DNA of 32,000 nucleotides from Candidatus Thorarchaeota archaeon (GTDB lineage Archaea; Asgardarchaeota; Heimdallarchaeia; Hodarchaeales; Hodarchaeaceae): NCBI GenBank assembly GCA_048882505.1, contig JBHLRO010000027.1, positions 1 to 32,000 of the forward strand, read 5' to 3'. Shown piece by piece: positions 28,101 to 32,000 of this stretch (position 1 is its first letter; each line of letters starts with the position of its first letter). The notes under the pieces were generated by a model. It saw only the letters and a program-made list of their open reading frames with translations, ran no database searches and was not told where the DNA came from. The position numbers and the translations under genes were made by a program.

Positions 28101-31100
28101 GACTATCTACGATCCAATCATCGTCCGTGTCTGCCAGGGTCTCATCGGTGCCCAACTGTGCTTCCAGGACATTGGAGACACTATCCCCGTCGTCATCCCA
28201 AAACACCACTAAGGGGTGTTGTTCCGCAGCGCCGACATTACTTGGATCCTTGACTTGGAGTAGAAGGGTATGCTGGCCATGGGTCAGGGAAGAGAGATCC
28301 AAATCAAGCAGAATCTTGCCATCAGTGACGGAGTGCCAGGCCTGATTTTCTAGGAGCTCGAGAGGCGTGTTCATCGCGTTGGTGATAGCATATCGGAACT
28401 GTAATGCCTGATAATCAAGAACAGTATCGATCGCGGTAGCATGAATTCGAAAAGCTGAGGGCGCACTTCCATAGATTAAATGTGGGGTGAAACTTACCTT
28501 TGGTAATTGATTGTTGACGATGATCTGAAATCCTTGGCTTGTCTGACGGCCTTCGGAATCAGTGACGGTCAGAATGCCGTGGTAAGACCCATCATTCAAA
28601 AACAAGTTAAGACGGCTTTGTGACACATAGATGTCATCAATTTGCCACTGATACGCTAAATAGGGGACTTGAAAGGCACTATCTGTGACTTGGGCTTCAA
28701 TTAGCGTGGTCACACCTTCATTCATCTGGATTTGGGCAGCTAGTTGAATCTGAGGGGCGGGATTTTGAACCCAAACCACGAATTCGACGGTATCATTCGC
28801 GGCATTATCATCTAAAATGGTCAAAGTTCCCCGATAGACCCCACTGTGATAATATCGATGGGTGGTCAGCGCGGAGTAGCCAGAGTGCGAGTCTCCATCC
28901 CCAAAATCCCAAATAAATCGCAGACTATCTCGATCAGACAGGCTATCAGAGGATGTTGAGGCATTGAATACTAACGCGGAACCCACCTCAATCGATTGGC
29001 CTAGGGCGTGTTCTACATAGCCTGTGGGCCTGACGTTATCGACCTCGACTAAAATCCCTCGAGTGGTATTATACTGAGCTCCTTGGACAGTCAGTTCCAC
29101 CAGGTACAATCCTGCGGTAACGAAGGTATGAGTGACCCTCGGACTGGCAGTGATCTGGGTCGTTCCATCACCGAACTGCCAGTGATAGACTAGGAGCTGC
29201 TGATCTATGGGTGAAGAGAGCACTTGCGCATCGAATGTAATGAGCTCGTCTTCCCAGGCCTGGCCGACTCCCCGATCAATGCTCGAATTAATCGCTTGGA
29301 TGCGTGGCGCACTCCCTGCCAGATGATATCCTTCAGAAGGGCCAAACGGGGCTTCAAACAGATAAGTGGAGTTCCTACTTCCTCCATCTTCATCTAAAAT
29401 TCGGAAGGTTAAAAGAAAATAAGGGGGGGTGTCGTTCATCGCAAAATTCTGGGTAAGAATGGTGACCCCTTGATTGGGGCCGACTGTTGAGGCCAGGATG
29501 GTCAGATTAACCTGGTCGGTGGGGTGAATCACTTCCAGGGTGAGATCGTCCTGGCCAGGGTCATAGAAATTGATGTGATAATCTATCGGAAATCCGGTGA
29601 CGAAGGGCTGGAGGGGGAGCCGCCAAAGATATCCTTCCGGTGAATTATAATTAAAAGTATGTTCGAACAGCCAAGAACTGCCCGTCGAGAAATTCAAATA
29701 AAGATGTACGGGATCCGCACCCTGGGGTTGGCCATTAACAGGGTCATTCTCAGGGGTATATAAGACTTCTACTCGCCAAAGATGCGTTAAATCCAGGGTT
29801 ACAAACGGGTAGAATAATGATTGGTTCCAAGGATTAGTAGCATTCCGATAAATGATGTCATTTAATAATATTTGATCAGTTTCATCGAGTAATTTTAATT
29901 CAGCATCATGCCATTTTTCCCCAGTCATAAGGAGAGTTAGGTTAAAAGTAAGGGTGGTCGCTACTAAGCTTGCACTGGGAGCGACGTTATAGAATGTGAC
30001 GTGCGACTCACGGGTCACACTTGCCCCATTATCATCCGTTAGGGTGCCCGTAACTCTTAAATCTTGTTCATCAAAATAAGTCCAGCTGACAGTCTGGCCC
30101 CTTTTATTTTCTAAAAACCACCGATAGCTTAGGCGGGGTTGATCGCTTGGGGTATCTTGGCCTTGAGAATGGCTAATTAGGGTCTGGCCTTCGGGGAGGA
30201 GGGTCCGATTCAGTTCGATTTGACTCCAAAACGGAAGTTGGTTCTCGACGGTGATTACGGTTGAGACCTCAGCTTGCCCTCCACTCGGATCCCTGACAGT
30301 TAACCTTACCTGATAGATACCCTCCTCAGTATATTGATGCTGGACAGTCGGGCCCGATCCAAGTGTTCCGTCTCCGAAATTCCACCCAAACAGCAAAGAT
30401 CCTACATCTGATGGCGAGTCGGTGGTCTCTTGGGCATCAAAAACCACTGTTTGGTCTTCGGTACTTTCGGTAGCATTGACCTGCATGGTGGCACTGGGTA
30501 GGACGTTCTCGACCCGAAGAGATCGTGAACTCATGCCAACCAAGCCTTGGTCATCAATGGCTTGGAGAGTGACCTCATAAGTCCCGGCCTCGGTATAAGT
30601 GTGCGTAACTGCGGAACCATTGGCTGATTGCCCGTCTCCGAAGAGCCATTGATACTGCATGGCCGCTACATCGCCTGGGGAGTCCACAATGGAGGTCACG
30701 GAGAAAGGAACGACTTCGTCTTCCCAGACCTCGCTCTTTTCCAGCTCGAATGTGACGGTTGGCCCTTCATTTTGAACCGTGACAGCCACAACTTTTAGAT
30801 GGGTTAGGACGCGGCCGAGTTCGCCCACCGCTTTAATACCGGTTACCGAGACAAGAAATCCACCTTCAATGGCAAATGCATGGTAGACTGTGGTTGTGAC
30901 CGGATCCACCGTCACGGGAGGAGTACCGTCATGAAAATCGAAAATAAACTGACTGACAGCCCCTTCAATGGATGTCAGCCGAAAGGAAACGGCTTCGCCC
31001 ACATCAACGACGGACGGGGAGGCTTCCACCGAGAAATCAAACTCATGGAGTTCTGATTGGAGGATTTTACTCCCTATGTTAAATACCAAAATGCCCATGA

Positions 31101-31158
31101 TTAGTGTAGTGCTCAAAGATAGGTAAATCTTTTTATCTGGCAGGAACCCCCTCTTCAT
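25090..31158 (-). CDS. Giant 2022-aa exported protein: N-terminal anchor/signal, PKD/Ig stalk, Ca-binding DxDxDG repeats, hydrophobic helical C-terminus
   Basis: N-terminal TM; four canonical WxFGDG PKD motifs plus FDFHDG and two degenerate ones; six DxDxD(G) repeats; long hydrophobic helices after about residue 1465. Confidence 0.85.
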   Translation of the reverse strand: MKRGFLPDKKIYLSLSTTLIMGILVFNIGSKILQSELHEFDFSVEASPSVVDVGEAVSFRLTSIEGAVSQFIFDFHDGTPPVTVDPVTTTVYHAFAIEGGFLVSVTGIKAVGELGRVLTHLKVVAVTVQNEGPTVTFELEKSEVWEDEVVPFSVTSIVDSPGDVAAMQYQWLFGDGQSANGSAVTHTYTEAGTYEVTLQAIDDQGLVGMSSRSLRVENVLPSATMQVNATESTEDQTVVFDAQETTDSPSDVGSLLFGWNFGDGTLGSGPTVQHQYTEEGIYQVRLTVRDPSGGQAEVSTVITVENQLPFWSQIELNRTLLPEGQTLISHSQGQDTPSDQPRLSYRWFLENKRGQTVSWTYFDEQDLRVTGTLTDDNGASVTRESHVTFYNVAPSASLVATTLTFNLTLLMTGEKWHDAELKLLDETDQILLNDIIYRNATNPWNQSLFYPFVTLDLTHLWRVEVLYTPENDPVNGQPQGADPVHLYLNFSTGSSWLFEHTFNYNSPEGYLWRLPLQPFVTGFPIDYHINFYDPGQDDLTLEVIHPTDQVNLTILASTVGPNQGVTILTQNFAMNDTPPYFLLTFRILDEDGGSRNSTYLFEAPFGPSEGYHLAGSAPRIQAINSSIDRGVGQAWEDELITFDAQVLSSPIDQQLLVYHWQFGDGTTQITASPRVTHTFVTAGLYLVELTVQGAQYNTTRGILVEVDNVRPTGYVEHALGQSIEVGSALVFNASTSSDSLSDRDSLRFIWDFGDGDSHSGYSALTTHRYYHSGVYRGTLTILDDNAANDTVEFVVWVQNPAPQIQLAAQIQMNEGVTTLIEAQVTDSAFQVPYLAYQWQIDDIYVSQSRLNLFLNDGSYHGILTVTDSEGRQTSQGFQIIVNNQLPKVSFTPHLIYGSAPSAFRIHATAIDTVLDYQALQFRYAITNAMNTPLELLENQAWHSVTDGKILLDLDLSSLTHGQHTLLLQVKDPSNVGAAEQHPLVVFWDDDGDSVSNVLEAQLGTDETLADTDDDWIVDSQESTYGTDPARSDTDNDGLWDGYQASTGIGEFLVNTDPTDDDTDDDSLQDGLEVYGWNITVLLQGSSTAYHTQHVFSNPLLTDTDHDGLTDAKEYEARSNPQATDTDSDGLTDYEEYIHGTPLTAAYSRTTLMDASLSIDREAPENDPPWTIEFNLAETLKKDPPMLLDRQGGSLVATTHRVNIYDASNNLLAIRSLDTSGKGRYSYETYQSQIRVEFPGNGLYYRSETSVSPAYDAKEMIQNVGPENTAFISSNAFNNARFKIFRAYIEDSGAFSKSGNTYTMVADYAHIYHDVPFGIDLVRGYEVTSPVVSFTKDELESGLFDTTTIAIRQYDDWLGINWSDDIIPLPIITVYRVRTPYDLSKTDFLTLWLSMKLRPWRREHGPEDPGHERLTYVNQLAADLVTLLNYNKQQLEANPEFVASVYGRLNITTRLGFPDAKSGIEQFFEDLVNFIGALIAAALLIVAAIITTLVGLAVGVVNFLLNVWDQLIAPALGSVVEVIKEVAVTTVKVVLTIMTQALTGELPIIGIYKNYVKEIFLNIFENTDWTTIIQRLEASFSSVNLKEVIKPLATNVATMLGPADSFYQTIKVAQQVFAFPGIIQDLLSLIGPDLVFTLVSEFLKITITTAFKALIVSWGNNNIISFSNILNLESWGDQHIDSFIELVENFSSPGLENIITFSGIIHQLGSLENILNFSLWGDLLTFLMTRLRSASQNLIFKAFFDLSTTFIGGLLYLINPTAIFPTAHQTGGRGSFSSVLSNSPGEHNHSTLQKLTSISIFLFTAILSRSYSVIATASEVGELLAFVMDIESVFWATLNWAYVGGNPLLNLPGSIISEYGVRFNYLGANVLSFLFNQIGTMLGSFFEIPIVEQIFEPRVEKKTSLKWNQFKAIFSNGLQIVAAIATMAGIIFPIFGPETAVKHFLNDDPVLAGDILFFLQAGILHLLVNADRYEGKRHGREYGFINWDNIPSLKSPTKRSLILFGIGTFLDLGMAAVFMLWAE
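27740..28200 (-). repeat. Six protein-level Ca-binding repeats (thrombospondin type 3 / binary-toxin-like)
   Basis: DDDGDSV, DTDDDWI, DTDNDGL, DTDDDSL, DTDHDGL and DTDSDGL, mostly with a downstream E and T/S-D/N-P spacers. Confidence 0.85.
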
Positions 31159-32000
31159 ATGAACTTACAAGTTTCAGGGATCGGATTCGTTCCAGCTTGG
31201 TTCGAAATAGAGAATTGCGTCTTTATATACGCCAGCTGAATAAACTGTCCGCAGATAGGGAGGAAAACGTGATGAATGACTTGAGAATTCGTCCCCAAAA
31301 TTTGAAGAAACCGACTCAATGGTTGCACATGGTCAAAGATTGAAATTTTCTGAGGTAAAAATGAAAAAAACTGAAAAAACTCTAGTTTCAGAGTAAACAC
31401 AGACATGAACCGGGTTCCTGCTCCACAAACAAGTGGGGATACACTTAGTCGGAAGTCGATACCTCAGACCTTTATTGTGGAATTCCAATTTAACCTCCCA
31501 AAATAGCTAATTCCAATCAAAAATAGAAATGATTAGATGAACTAGGATTCTAAAACTTTTTTACCACTTAACTTTTCCTGATTTTTCGATTGATTTATTC
31601 TACTATTAATTTATTAATCGCAGGTTCATTTGATTATACCAGGAAATATAATCGGACTTGGCCTAATAATCCATTTAACGAATCAAATTTCGTCCAAAAC
31701 ACCCTCTAACCCTGACCCCCTATATTCTTTGTAGATGGTTGTGAGATTTCTGCAGCAAGATTCTCTAAACAAAATGATTACCACTTCTTAGAAAAAACTT
31801 CTAGGAGGTAAGCAGCCAGCAATTAAGCATTCAAACAAATATGGAAACGATTATAATTACACGGACTGCTCATTAGCATTTTTATGCAGTACCAAAAGTA
31901 CACTTTGATTTAGCACCAATCCCTCAATCATGTTAACCAGTATCGCAAGAAAAGTTTTCCTATCTCCTCACGGTACGGATTCAAACTGGACTCCAAAACC

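Noticed and set aside
31155-32000. ORF 31155-31406 and the AT-rich region to the window end
   Set aside because: The translation is not protein-like and frames at the right edge stop repeatedly; probably the upstream region of the giant gene, with no definable element.
1-32000. rRNA, tRNA, CRISPR arrays, integrase or transposase bounding the island
   Set aside because: None recognised by eye; the only repeats found are protein-level (PKD, DxDxDG, paralogous genes).

Overview
32 kb archaeal chromosomal window. Archaeal-type ThrRS, Cgi121, GGTGA-type ribosome-binding sites and a Ras-fold small GTPase suggest an Asgard/Heimdallarchaeia-like lineage (inference). The left ~18 kb is mostly housekeeping and metabolism: partial thrS, a PRTase, cgi121, a THUMP protein, a Zn-ribbon protein, a small GTPase-wHTH fusion with Leu at the catalytic Gln position, a lipid-oxidation operon (wHTH, acyl-CoA dehydrogenase, crotonase, SCP2, acyl-CoA ligase), two flavin reductases, a half-size heme A synthase, a DinB gene interrupted by an in-frame TGA, an ATL / TraB-like+VWA-like / MoxR operon, an ACT protein and a site-2 protease. 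The right ~14 kb is an accessory island of exported and membrane proteins: a metzincin protease, and a 2022-aa protein (PKD stalk, six DxDxDG Ca-binding repeats, AT-rich hydrophobic helical C-terminus) followed by three paralogous polytopic membrane genes. One paralog is a truncated half, fused out of frame to the signal-peptide stub of another secreted protein. The best candidate for an undescribed system is this giant-protein plus membrane-paralog array, which may be a contact-dependent polymorphic pore-forming toxin/immunity locus; this is inference and not proven. The MoxR operon is the second candidate. No rRNA, tRNA, CRISPR array or transposase was recognised. All family calls come from motif reading by eye, with no database searches.
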